Under the pieces are notes generated by a model. It was not told where the DNA came from. It saw nothing but the letters and a program-made list of their open reading frames with translations, and did no database searches. A DNA stretch of 64,000 bases, from assembly GCF_004010195.1 (NCBI RefSeq), contig NC_057718.1:78294935-78358934 (forward strand), written 5' to 3'. The position numbers and the translations under genes were made by a program. The first letter of the stretch is position 1. Every line of letters starts with the position of its first letter. This document shows, one piece after another, positions 38,172-48,879 of the stretch. The DNA comes from Chiloscyllium plagiosum. Its lineage: Eukaryota.

Positions 38172-38792
38172 TCATTACCAAGCACCAGATCCAGTGTGGC
38201 CTTCCCTCTTGTCAGCTCTTTGACATGCTGTGTCAGGAAACCCTCCTGATCCATCTGACGTACTAGAGCTATAACATTCCCAATCGATGTTGGGGAAGTT
38301 AAAGTCCCCCATAATGACCACCCTGTTCCTTTCACTCCTCCCCAGAATAATGTAGCTAATCCTCTCTCCCACCTCCCTGGAACTCTGCGGAGACCTATTT
38401 TTTAAAAAAAAATCCAAGAAGTGTGACCCCTCCTCCTGTTTCTAACCTCAGCCCACACTACCTTAGTAGACGAGTCCTCATCAAAAGTTCTCTCGGCCAC
38501 TGTTATACTATCTTTCACTAACAAGGCCATGCCTCCCCCTAAAGGATGAATGTGTTGGCTTTGGAGGGATTCCAGGCAAGATTTACCAGAATGATCTCTG
38601 GGATGAAGGCCTTGTCATATGAATGTGTACTGGGTGTGTACTCAATGGAGTTTAGAAAGATGAGCGAGGGTCTCATTGAAATACTCAAAATATTGAGGCC
38701 TGGATAGAGTGGACATGGAGAAAATCTTTCCACTAACGGGAAAACTATGACCCAAGAGCACCGCCTCAGTGAAGGGACAATCTTTTAGAACT

Positions 38793-39778
38793 GTCATAAT
38801 TGTGCAGCACAGAAACAGATCCTTTGGTCCAACTCGTCCATCTGGATTCGATATCTTAATGAAGCCCCACTTTGTCAGCGTATGGCTCTGTAGACCCTTC
38901 CTATCCATGTACCCATTCAGACACTCCTTTTAAATCTTCTAATTAGATTAGATTCCCTACGGTGTGGAAACAGGCCCTACAGACCAACCAGTCCACACCG
39001 ATCCTCTGAAGAGTAACCCACCCTGACCCATTTCCCTCTGACTAATGTACCTAACACTATGGGCAATTTAACATGGCCATTTTATCTGACCTGCCCATCT
39101 TTGGACTGTTGGAGGAAACTGGAGCATCCGGAGGAAACCCGCGCAGATACGAGAGTGCAAACTCCACAGTCTCCCGAGGCTGGAATCAAACCTGGGGTCC
39201 TGGTGCTGTGAGGCAGCAGTGCTAACCACTGAGCCATTATGCTGCCCCATTGTACCAGCCTCCTCCACTTCCTCTGGCAGCTCATTCCACACACTGAAAA
39301 TGTTGCCCTTCAGGTCCCTTTCAAGTCTTTCCCCTCTCTGATTAAACCTATGCCATCTAGGTTTCTTTCCCCTCTGGGGAAAAAGACCTTGGCTATTCAC
39401 CCTATCCATGCTGCTCATAGAATCATGGACTTATATAGCATGGAAACCCTTCATGATCTTGAATCTCTATAAAGTCACCCCTCCAGAGAAAATAGCCCCA
39501 GCCTATTCAGCCTCTCGGTTAAGCTCAAACCCTCCAATCCTGAAAGCACCCTTTTGTGAACTCTAAAAGTTTGATAACATCCTTCCTATATCAGGGAGAC
39601 CAGAATTGAATGCAGTATTCCAAAAGTGGCCAAACCAATGTCCAGTACAGCTGCCACATGACCCCTCAGCTCCTATACCCGATGGCAAGTGTACCAAATG
39701 TCACATTCGCTACCCTGTCTACCTGTGACTCTACCTTCAGGGAACTGTGAACTTGTACCCCAAAGTCTGTTTGTTCAA
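38793..39778 (-). mobile_element. CR1 LINE 3' portion, interrupted by SINE
   Basis: Aligns with 54486-55200; VWNELPEEV(E)EAGT motif is split by the SINE. Confidence 0.88.
38943..39247 (-). mobile_element. HE1-type V-SINE nested in CR1
   Basis: Reverse complement of 16108-16424; ttagattagatt tail. Confidence 0.9.
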
Positions 39779-40053
39779 GTGAGGAGGAATTTCTTCAGTT
39801 GAGGGTGGGTAATTGCCGCAGCCTCTTAGCCAAGTCATTTGTGTGTCGTCAGAACAGATCTTGATCAGTACGGACATCAAAGGATGCATGAAGAAGGCAG
39901 GAAAATGAGATTGAGAAGCCTATCAGGCATGATCAAATGGTGGATCAAGCTTGGTGGGTCAAAAGACCTAATTCTGTTCCTATATCTTATGTTCTTTTGT
40001 ATTTAATAAAAAGTAGAAAGTTAATGCTGCAATTAGTTGCCTTTTATCATTAG

Positions 40054-40169
40054 GAGGAAGATGAGTACACTTACAATTTCAAGTGGTATACACAATATGT
40101 TTGCCCTGAAGTGCCAATAGACTGTATCGTGACAAATGAGGTTACAAAGCAACAGTATGATCTGTCAAG
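40054..40169 (+). CDS. IGF2R: IGF2R exon 9 of window, domain 5/6 junction
   Basis: ttag|GAG...AG|gtaaga; [38 protein letters not shown]; 116 nt. Confidence 0.96.
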
Positions 40170-40544
40170 GTAAGAATGCAACATTGATGCATTTAATGTC
40201 GGTATATCTTAAGTTCATAAACTACACTTCAATTTTCCATCTTTAAAAAATTGATCCTAGCAAGGTGTTGTAATCTGCAGTTGCAGGATTTAAATAAAGT
40301 TTGCCTTTAACCTTCACTTTGCTCACATTTTATGTCTTAAATTATCATTTGGAGATTGCTTCCTTCTCTTTTAGCTGAAATTGTACCATTTAATAGGTTG
40401 GAATTTTCCAACACTGCTAAAGTCATCTAAACTATGATAGAGTTGGAAAATGTACTGTAGGTAACTTGAGTGCATGAATTTGTGCAGAATATTGTAAGCT
40501 ACTATAATGCTGAAAGTTTTGGATTTAGTGGGTTTATCTACTCG

Positions 40545-40872
40545 CTGTGGACCAGTGGTAATGTCACTGAATTAGTAATGTAGAGCTTCATGTTGATATC
40601 CTGGGGCAATGGTTTCAAAGCTAGCCAATGTTAGTAAATAGCAGATGGTGAAATTTGAGTTCAATAAAAAGCTACTATCAATTGTCGTAAGATCCCATAT
40701 GGTTCACGAATGTCCTTTTTAGAGAAGAAAATCTGGCATCCTTATCTGGTTGGCCTACACGTGACTCCAGTTCTGCAGCCATAGGATTGACTCTTATCTG
40801 CCCTATGAAGTCCCTCTAGCACGCTACTCAATGGGCAGTAAATTGGTGCTCGGTCAGTAACACCTGCATACA
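40545..40872 (+). mobile_element. Old tRNA-derived SINE (unnamed family)
   Basis: Head gtggaccagtggtaatgtcactg...ggtttcaaa; body tggttcacgaatgtcctttt...ggcctacacgtgactccag shared with 17295; tail resembles the LINE 3' end near 7200. Confidence 0.65.
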
Positions 40873-41646
40873 AGTAACGAAAAATAAAACTAGGGTATCT
40901 TATTCTACTTGATGTGGAGTAAGAGGTATTGGGGGTAAAAGTCAAAAACCTAGAAAGATTTAGGGCTTGTTTACCACTCCACGTGCTTTTAGTTAAATTC
41001 TGATAACTGAACAGGTCTTTACCCAAATAATTCCTTGGGGCTATTGTCCTTTTAATGTTCTCCCTCTGAACTGAAGACTGAGAATCTTCACTTAGATAAG
41101 TCTTTTGGTAAATATCAATTCTGAAGTTTGTGTTCAGCATTCAACTGCAGTTTAGCCATGTAAACTGTTATCTCTAGATGACATGTTTATGTGGGCTTTT
41201 CATGTAATTTTCCCAAAAAACTCAATTTGACAGCCTTGCAGATTTCTTCATTATAATTTTAAAATCTGTATTGATTTGGCACCATGCAGGCTGATCTGTT
41301 TTTCCATTTTATTGCTTAGTTGGCCTGGTCTGTAATCAAACTTCTGTTGTGACCAACTAAAGCTCATCAAGTTGGAAGCCAATCCTGCACATCCTCTAAT
41401 CTTCAGTAGACAAACTCAAGTATTGATATTGCTGCCTTTAACCTGGAAATTTGGCACAAAGAGCTATGGTGTGTCATCTGAAGGACAGCAACTTAGATTG
41501 CAGGATGAAGTCCGAAACACTGCTTTACGTAAAGTTTGCAGCACTATGGGGCTTTTGGGAGGGTGAGGGAGGTGGTGAGTAATCACAAGACACATGTTCC
41601 AAATCTTTGAATCTTTTGCACCTTTTGAAAAATCTCTTCCACTTAG

Positions 41647-41809
41647 ATTATCAAAGTCCGAAGACAGTGATGAAAGTAACTGGTTTGCAATGGACACAAC
41701 ATCAAGTAACCACAAGAAGTATTATATCAACGTCTGTAGACCTCTGAATCCAATTCCAGGATGTGATCGCAATGCGGGAGTCTGCCTGATGGAGTATGAA
41801 AGAGATTTT
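41647..41809 (+). CDS. IGF2R: IGF2R exon 10 of window, domain 6
   Basis: ttag|A...TTT|gtaagg; LSKSEDSDESNWFAMDTTSSNHKKYYINVCRPLNPIPGCDRNAGVCLMEYERDF; 163 nt. Confidence 0.95.
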
Positions 41810-42141
41810 GTAAGGGTGCACATAAATATTAATTCAAGTTGCATTTCTAATGTAAACTGTTGGCTTGTTAGTCAAGTGTGAATTTAAGATTAACCTGAGC
41901 TTGTTTAGCATATTGTAACAAAATTAACCAAATGTGGTCCCTTCATTTTCATGTTTAAAATAGTTAAGCAATATACCATTATTTGAAACTACGTTCTCTG
42001 AAACTGCTGTTCTGACAATTTCATTTGCCTTTATAACTTGGCAAACTTGTCAACTCTTGGTTATAGATTTTAACATGGTAGAAAACTTAAACTAGTGTTA
42101 GGAAGATACAATTGGTTATATAAAATTTGTTTTATGTTTAG

Positions 42142-42318
42142 GATGCACTTTATGAAAAAGTATCCATTAGCAATCTGGGTATTGCCAAAAATGGCCCCAA
42201 GCTAGACACAGATGGACGGATTATTTTGGAATACGTAAATGGTTCGGCATGTGTGAATTCCGATGGTAATAAAATCTCTTACATCACCCGTATTCACCTG
42301 AGTTGTTCAAAAGAACTG
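42142..42318 (+). CDS. IGF2R: IGF2R exon 11 of window, domain 6
   Basis: ttag|GAT...CTG|gtaagg; DALYEKVSISNLGIAKNGPKLDTDGRIILEYVNGSACVNSDGNKISYITRIHLSCSKEL; 177 nt. Confidence 0.95.
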
Positions 42319-42417
42319 GTAAGGAAATTTCCCTTTTACCACCTCTTTACTTTACAACTATTTAACAATGCCTAGTTTCCAAAGCAGCGGAATATTTCAT
42401 GGCATGTAGGAACACAT

Positions 42418-42582
42418 TACTGCAGATGTTGGAATCTGTAGAAAACAACAAATTCTGGAGATCACAGGGTCAGGCAGCATCCATGGAGAGAGAACAGCTA
42501 ACATTTTGAGTCCAGATGACTCTTCACAACTGATCAGCAGGATGCTGCCTGACCTGCTGTGATCTCTGGAATTTGTTGCTTT
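42418..42582. mobile_element. Fold-back Penelope-like terminal remnant (family D)
   Basis: Arms aacaaattctggagatcacagggtcaggcagcatcc / ggatgctgcctgacctgctgtgatctctggaatttgtt; minus strand partial core tgaagagtcatctggactcaaaatgtt. Confidence 0.75.
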
Positions 42583-43009
42583 AATGCTTGTCAGCAAACT
42601 TGTCCTGGTTTTCTTTCTAATATCAGATTGCTGTCGTCATCATCTTGTACTGTTTTGCCTTTCTAATCAGATATTTGCTAGTTACTGACTTAACAATTTT
42701 ATATCAATCAAATTTCTAAAGGTTGCTTCAGTGTCAATTTTTAAACGTCTTTTTCCTAACCTTTCGCATATTTACCAGTAACTTGGGGTCATCCTATAAT
42801 TGGATAAGCAATGAAGTAGCATCATGTACCATACAGAGGGAGAAGTACTTTAGAATAAGCTTATGAGAGACTCCATAAACTCAGCACTTGTGATGTGACC
42901 CTATCATTGCTTTCCAGGATATGACAAATCCTAAGGAAAACCTTATTGGAATGTAAGGCTGTGCAAAGATGACTTGCAGTTTTTCAGTGTGCTGTCTTAC
43001 CCCTTGGCA

Positions 43010-43320
43010 TGTCCTAGAGCACTTGACAGTCAAAAAGCTACTTTATGGGAGATTAAGCAAATAAATGCAGCAGTTCATTGGTACACATTGAAGTTCCACA
43101 AATAGGACAGATGACTGCAGATAATGCCTAGAGGAAAAATCTAGGTAGTGCCATGGTTTCTTTTATTCCATTCACATGAGCAGGACCAATGGAGTCTCAT
43201 TTTAACATCCTTCTGCTAGATGTCGCTTTGGCCAGTGTTTTAATCTCCCATTACTGCAAGTTCGCATTGAGGTTGTTCTGCAAAAACCTTTTGATTTGAG
43301 GTAGATTGGCTCAGTTAAAT
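43010..43320 (-). mobile_element. Possible highly decayed Deu-domain SINE
   Basis: gtgccatgg..tctttta...catgagcagg...tttaacatcc resembles the reverse complement of the Deu core as I recall it; related tail at ~4720-4810 (+). Confidence 0.4.
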
Positions 43321-43760
43321 TCTAACTTTTACTCAATATAGTTTTATCAGTGGGGAAACCTGATGGCAAACTTTCAACTGTGGTCTTGCACTTCGCGTCA
43401 ATGTAGGAATAAGTAATATTCATTGTTTTAATTTTCCAAGTAAACTTGTAAATCATGTAATTAGGCCATGCCAACAACATGTGTTGGAATTTGAAGATAA
43501 CAAGTCCACGTCTCTTAACTCGCCACAATTTGCAAGTCCAAGTATACTCCATATTTTGTTTGGGTATAGTGCTTCATTTAAATATTAGTAATAGTAATTA
43601 GTAAGAGTTTAACACACTTAAACATTGTGGAGTTGAAAGCTTTTTGTTTTGCAGTCATTAGATTTGAGACACTGGAAACAGTTGAGCAAAGGGATGTGTA
43701 TAAAGCATGAGAAGAGGATGTTAATTCGTTGGGTCATAATTGGCATGGAAATAAAGCAAG

Positions 43761-44553
43761 GCGAAAGTGAGGACTGCAGATTAGAGTCAAAATGTGCTAG
43801 AAACGCACAGGTCAGGCAGTATCTGAGGAGCAGGAAAATTGATGTTTTGTGCAAAAGCTTTTCAGGATTGAGGCTGGGAGTCTGAGGTGGAGAGAAATGT
43901 GAGGGGGGCGCTGGGGAGGCGGTGGCGGGAGAAGGGTAGCTGAGTGCAATAGGTGGATGGAGGGGGATAATGGTGATAGGTTGGAGGGGATGGTGGTATA
44001 GATAGGTAGGAAGGAAGGTGGACAGGTGAGACAGGTCACGATAGCGGTGCTGAGCTGAAAAGTTGAAACTGAGATGATGTGGGAAGGGGAAATGAGGAAA
44101 CTGGTGAACTGTTCAGATCCAAATTGTGTTGGTCTGAATGTGGTTTGGAGTACACGTGGGAAGAGTTGGTTCCATAGGCATGCACTGAGAAAAGAGATGT
44201 GGCTGTGGTAGTGAGTCTGTTTCACCAGTTTCCTCATTTCTTGTCCTCCCACCTTATCCCAGTTCCAACCTTCCAGCTCAGCACCGCCCTCATGGCCTGT
44301 CTCACCTGTCCATTTTCCTTCCCACTGATCTGCTCCACCCTCCCTCTAACCTGTCACTATTACCCCCACCTCTATTCACCAGTTGTACCCTCAGCTACCT
44401 TCTGCCCCCAGCCCTGCCTTCATCCCTTTTATCTCACCACCCCCAAGGCTCCAGCCTCATTACTGAAGAAGGGCTTTTGCCTGAAACATTTTTTTTTCCT
44501 GCTCCTTGGATGCTGCCTGACCTGCTATGCTTTCCCAGTACCACATTCTCAAC
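43761..44553. mobile_element. Large fold-back Penelope-like remnant (family A-related)
   Basis: Purine-rich arm 43761-44110 inverted against pyrimidine-rich arm 44222-44553; exact tggaaataaagcaag at 43746-43760 and 44554-44568; decayed hammerhead at 44463. Confidence 0.85.
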
Positions 44554-44806
44554 TGGAAATAAAGCAAGACCAATTGTATCAATTCTCAGACCACATGGCC
44601 AATCAGCATGTTCCTCTTTTGCTATATAAAATGGTATCCCTTTGCTCAACTGTTTCTGTTCCCCCAATTCTGAATGCAAGGTGTAATATTCAACTTTGTT
44701 TCCTTTTAACAATGTTTGTTTATATTTAACATGCTTCTTGGAGTTTTTTTTTTGCTTGTGCTAATTGTCAGGTTAGAGATAGAAATGCAGTCAGTAAACT
44801 TAGGGT

Positions 44807-45184
44807 GAAAGTGAGGGCTGCAGATGCTGGAGATCAGAGCTGAAAATGTGTTGCTGGAAAAGCACAGCAGGTCAGGCAGCATCCAAGGAACAGGAGAATC
44901 GACGTTTCGGGCATAAGCCCTTCAGGAATGAGGAAAGTGTGTCCAGCAGGCTAAGATAAAAGGTAGGGAGGAGGGACTAGGGGGAGGGGCTTTGGAAATA
45001 CGATAGGTATTTTCTATTGCATTTCCAAAGCCCCTCCCCTAGTCCCTCCTCCCTACCTTTTATCTTAGCCTGCTGGACACACTTCGCTCATTCCTGAAGA
45101 AGGGCTTATGCCTGAAACATCGATTCTCCTGTTCCTTGGATGCTGCCTGACCTGCTGTGCTTTTCCAGCAACACATTTTCAGCA
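44807..45184. mobile_element. Young fold-back Penelope-like remnant (family A)
   Basis: ~170-bp highly similar inverted arms with ~7-nt spacer near 45010; exact taaacttagggt at 44795-44806 and 45185-45196. Confidence 0.9.
45092..45123 (+). ncRNA. Hammerhead motif, CpG-eroded (sense)
   Basis: CUGAAGA-A-GGGC-UUAU-GCCU-GAAA-C-AUC; helix III palindrome lost (ACGU to ACAU). Confidence 0.55.
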
Positions 45185-45463
45185 TAAACTTAGGGTACGC
45201 AGCATGAGTTCTGATCTTTGTTTCTAATGTTTGGAAATTGCATACAATACATGCTCATATGTTTGGGAAAGAACTTGCTGACTTGGCAGCCCTGCAAATT
45301 ACCCCTTTGATTTTAGTATTCTGTTGGGATAAACAGAAATCACGTGTAGAATTAATGTCAGGCTTGACTTGATTGATAGTATTATGTATTGCTTTGACAG
45401 TATAGCTTTGCATTTCCTTGTGGGATGACCATGCTAATGGTTTTAATTGTGTACTTTCTCTAG

Positions 45464-45565
45464 TCCTCTGGTCCAAGGTTCATTGATCATAAAGATTGTG
45501 TGGTCACATTCCTGTGGGAAACTGGAGCAGCCTGTCCTATAACAACAGCTGAAGCTTCAAATGAG
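45464..45565 (+). CDS. IGF2R: IGF2R exon 12 of window, end of domain 6
   Basis: ctag|TCC...GAG|gtaaag; SSGPRFIDHKDCVVTFLWETGAACPITTAEASNE; 102 nt. Confidence 0.95.
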
Positions 45566-46016
45566 GTAAAGACAATGGTTGTGTTAACCAAGAATGCTAA
45601 ATTTAGTCGTGGATTTGAATGTCAATCCTATTATTGAAATATTCTTTTTGGAACTTATAATTTTTCTATGAATTTAATGTGTTTGCCTTGAAATCTCTCT
45701 CCTGGCTGTAATTCAGCGTAAAACCACTTAAAAGTGCGCATTTGTCCAAGTTTTAACTTCTGGCTTCTTGAATATTCCAGATTTTCTTTATCGCAGTGGT
45801 TGTTCCTTCAGCTGTTTAGGTCCCATAAGGCCTGCAGTTCCCATCCTGAAGCTATCCACAACCTGTCTTTTTAGAGATTCTGGAAAAAGCTTGTTTGATA
45901 AGACCATGCCTTCAGAAAGCACCTTCCAGTGCTTTGCCATATTCAGGTGGTGGCACAACCAGTTTTTGAATATTTGTATTTTAGACTTGTCAGTGATTTT
46001 TTTTAATCATTTGAAG

Positions 46017-46699
46017 TGGTGTGTAGATGTGGGTGTACCTTTGAGAGTTTATGCAGCAGAACTACTGGACACAGCACAAAATGTTCTCAGTAAGGCAACA
46101 ATGTAACATTTGATTAGTTTGTTGCCTGGAGACCAGCAAATTTAAATTTGGCCAATCAGTTCAAATTATACCCTTAAAAAGCCCCACCAATTTCCAATCT
46201 AGTTTGAATTGAGTGTATTGACAATCTTAAAAGCCAATGACACAGTCCGATGCTCAGGGGTATAAGACTGGGAATGTTGAAAGGTTGAGAGGAAAACTAA
46301 GTTCTAGCATTCCAACCAGTCAACAGACTGCTTGAAGAAAAAAAAACCTCTGAGTATCTTTTTGATCAGTAACCTGTGATGCAGAAATTCCTAAGAAGGA
46401 GAAAAAAATGACACAAGAAGATCCAAAAACAGCCTACAGCTGCCTGGTTTTGAGATTTAAAGTGTTATTTTGTAAGTCTTAATTGGTAGTTTTATCGGAC
46501 TAGTATTATAGGATGGAAGGTAAAAGGTTAGAGAAGGAAATTGTAAATAGTGGTTAGTTAATTATTCTGTTATACTTTAAGACATAAAGTTGTCGATTTT
46601 TACTTGGTTCTTGGCCACTTGGATTTTTACAGATTATTGCACAGAGTAAATCTTTTGTGCTGCTACATATGCCAGGAGAGTTTACCATCTGCCATAACA
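46017..46699 (+). mobile_element. Solo LTR with 4-bp target duplication
   Basis: GAAG (46013-46016) | TG...taACA | GAAG (46700-46703); several CCAAT boxes upstream of gggTATAAgac (46261). Confidence 0.75.
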
Positions 46700-46724
46700 G
46701 AAGGGATGTGTTTGTTTCTGGCTA

Positions 46725-47440
46725 GGCTGAAATTATTTACTCATTCCTACTTGCCCTCCAGTTGGAGATGAGCTACCCTTGTATCACGTGATCCACAGGG
46801 TGTAGGCACCCCACTGTTTGAAAGGAGTTCCCAAATTTAGATCCAGTGATAGTGAAGATTTGGAGAGAACTCCTAGTTAGGGTAATCTATGGCTTTGAGA
46901 GGAACTTGCAGGTGGTGATTCCACGCACTTGCTACCCTTGTCTATGGGTAGAAATCTGTTTGGAAGGTGCTGTTGTTGAGGGAGCCATGGTGAGTCATCG
47001 AAGCACATTTTGTAAATGGTACACAATACAGCCATGGTACATCATAATTATTAAAGTTGATGGATGGGATGCGCATCAAGTAGGATGTGCTGAATGGTTT
47101 AAAGTTTGTTTGAACAATGCCCAACCAGGCAAGTGGAGGGTATACCATCATACTTCAATTTTTGGATGATGGACAGTCTCTGGGAAGTCAGGAATCAGTT
47201 ATTCATGGCAGAATTCTTAGCCTCTGACTTGCTGGTAAAGCTATTGATGAACAACACTGGTTAGAAGCTGTCTTGTTGGAAATGACCATTGCACAGTAAT
47301 ATTACTTGATGTTATCCACATCTTAGCATTTTGATATGAACTACTTCAGTATCTGAGGGATCTTAAGTGGTGCCGTGCGATCATCAAGTATCTGCTCTTC
47401 TGATTAATTGAAAATAAATGATGAAACAGTTGAAGATAGT
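46725..47440 (-). mobile_element. Decayed LINE 3' part (family of 6230-7253)
   Basis: Patchy reverse-complement similarity to 6560-7250; further piece at 53085-53430. Confidence 0.55.
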
Positions 47441-48225
47441 CAAAAAAGGACACTACCTCAAATATATGACTGAAAATTGTCAATTTTCAGTCCTGTTTTA
47501 CTTGTTTCACCTTTTTGAAGTGTCCGGAACTAAGGGTCAGAGTTTTAAAAATTCGACCTCTCCCATTTCATATGGAGACAAGAATTTTTTTCCCCTCAAT
47601 TGTTGATCTGAGGGACAGATTTTTGATTGACAACTGAGTCCAGCATTATGATAAATGGACAGGTAAATGGAGTTAGGCCACAGTCAGATTAACCGAGATC
47701 TTATGGAATTGGCCCAAGGGGCCTAGTCCTGTTTCTAATTTTGTGTTCTTGTTACTATGCCATTTTAGTTTACCAAAGGCATACAAATTTTATTTTATTG
47801 TTGCATCCACATAGCTACAAAATTGACTAATTATTCTGGTTTCGGGCATTGACGTGAATTGTTACAGTTGCTTTTGTTCTCGAGTGTATTGAGATTTCAT
47901 TAAAGTTACTTCCCATGTTGTTCTGATATCTGACTTTGGAAAATTAAACACCAGATTTGCTGCTGCTCTTTGAAAGTAACAATAAGTGAATCTTCTCCAG
48001 CAACACAACTCAATGATCAGACAATTCAGATGTTTAGCCTAAATTTGATAGATTTCAATATCTCTGGAATTTTCTGTTAACATATCATTGTTAGTGATTG
48101 CAGGGCCAATGACAACCTCAATGGAACTGATTGATACTTTTTGTGTAATAAATGTGTCTTTATAAAACACTTGTGTTATGGTAGATCAAGTTGCTCGACT
48201 AAAATACCTATGATTTTCTTTCTAG

Positions 48226-48327
48226 AACTGTTCAGTGGAAGATCCCAACTCTGGTTTTGTCTTTAACTTTCTGCCTCTGGCTTCAGACACCGGTTACTCA
48301 GTTACTGGAAACAACATGGTATTTAAG
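48226..48327 (+). CDS. IGF2R: IGF2R exon 13 of window, domain 7
   Basis: ctag|AAC...AAG|gttaga; NCSVEDPNSGFVFNFLPLASDTGYSVTGNNMVFK; 102 nt. Confidence 0.95.
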
Positions 48328-48879
48328 GTTAGAACCCTGGAGATTGACTGACTGCTTTGTTATATTTTAAATTTTAAAAATTAATCTGCAAAATGTGTTC
48401 TTTGAGTTGGAGTAAAGAATGATGGAACACTTCTAGCTAATAAGACTTATTTCCTTCGGTTTGATTTGAGGTCTCGTTTTGTGTTTCTTTCAGATGAATA
48501 AAACAATTGTATGAATTTTGAGAGCTATTTATTATACTTGAATTTTACTTTGTGCTTTTGAATTGGACGTTTCTTTAGGCCAACTATGAGGGGAAAACTT
48601 GCATCAGTCAGTATGATGTATTTGAGGCCTATGGGAAGGAAAGAGCAATAGTACATTTTCTCACCCATCAAATCAAAGAACGAATAATAAACAGAATCTA
48701 AGCTAAGTAATACTGGTTAGAATATTTCATTCCATGCCCAAAGAAGGATAATGACTGGTTAAGGAGTAACAAAATAGGTAAAACTAACATTTTTAAAATT
48801 GTAATTTTGAGCAATAATTAAAATCTGAAGAAATAAACTTTGAATTTAAGCTAATTTTCAGTGCCAGAAGAGGGGTTTG

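Larger units (their letters stand above)
35794..38538 (-). mobile_element. CR1 LINE ORF2 relic from APE endonuclease to 3' tail
   Basis: VVIMGDFNFPNIDW and TLDLVLGNE (APE); KSPGPD, PGNYRPVSLTSVVGK, SQHGFVKGRSCLTNL, YLDCSKAF (RT); many frameshifts. Confidence 0.94.
35662..39996 (+). mobile_element. Old CR1 3' region split into three pieces by younger insertions
   Basis: Collinear pieces 35662-35792 (RPHLEY..QFWAL), 38540-38792 (LALEG.QARFTRMISG) and 39779-39996 (RRNFFS...3' tail cctatatcttatgttctt). Confidence 0.75.

Noticed and set aside
35794..38538. Intact or domesticated reverse transcriptase (retron/DGR-like system)
   Set aside because: Motifs are ordinary CR1 ORF2, broken by many frameshifts, deletions and an insertion; the context is a vertebrate intron.
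44807..45184. miRNA precursor or DNA-transposon MITE interpretation of the fold-backs
   Set aside because: Arms are Penelope termini with asymmetric ends, variable centres and long variable TSDs; no evidence for miRNA processing from sequence alone.
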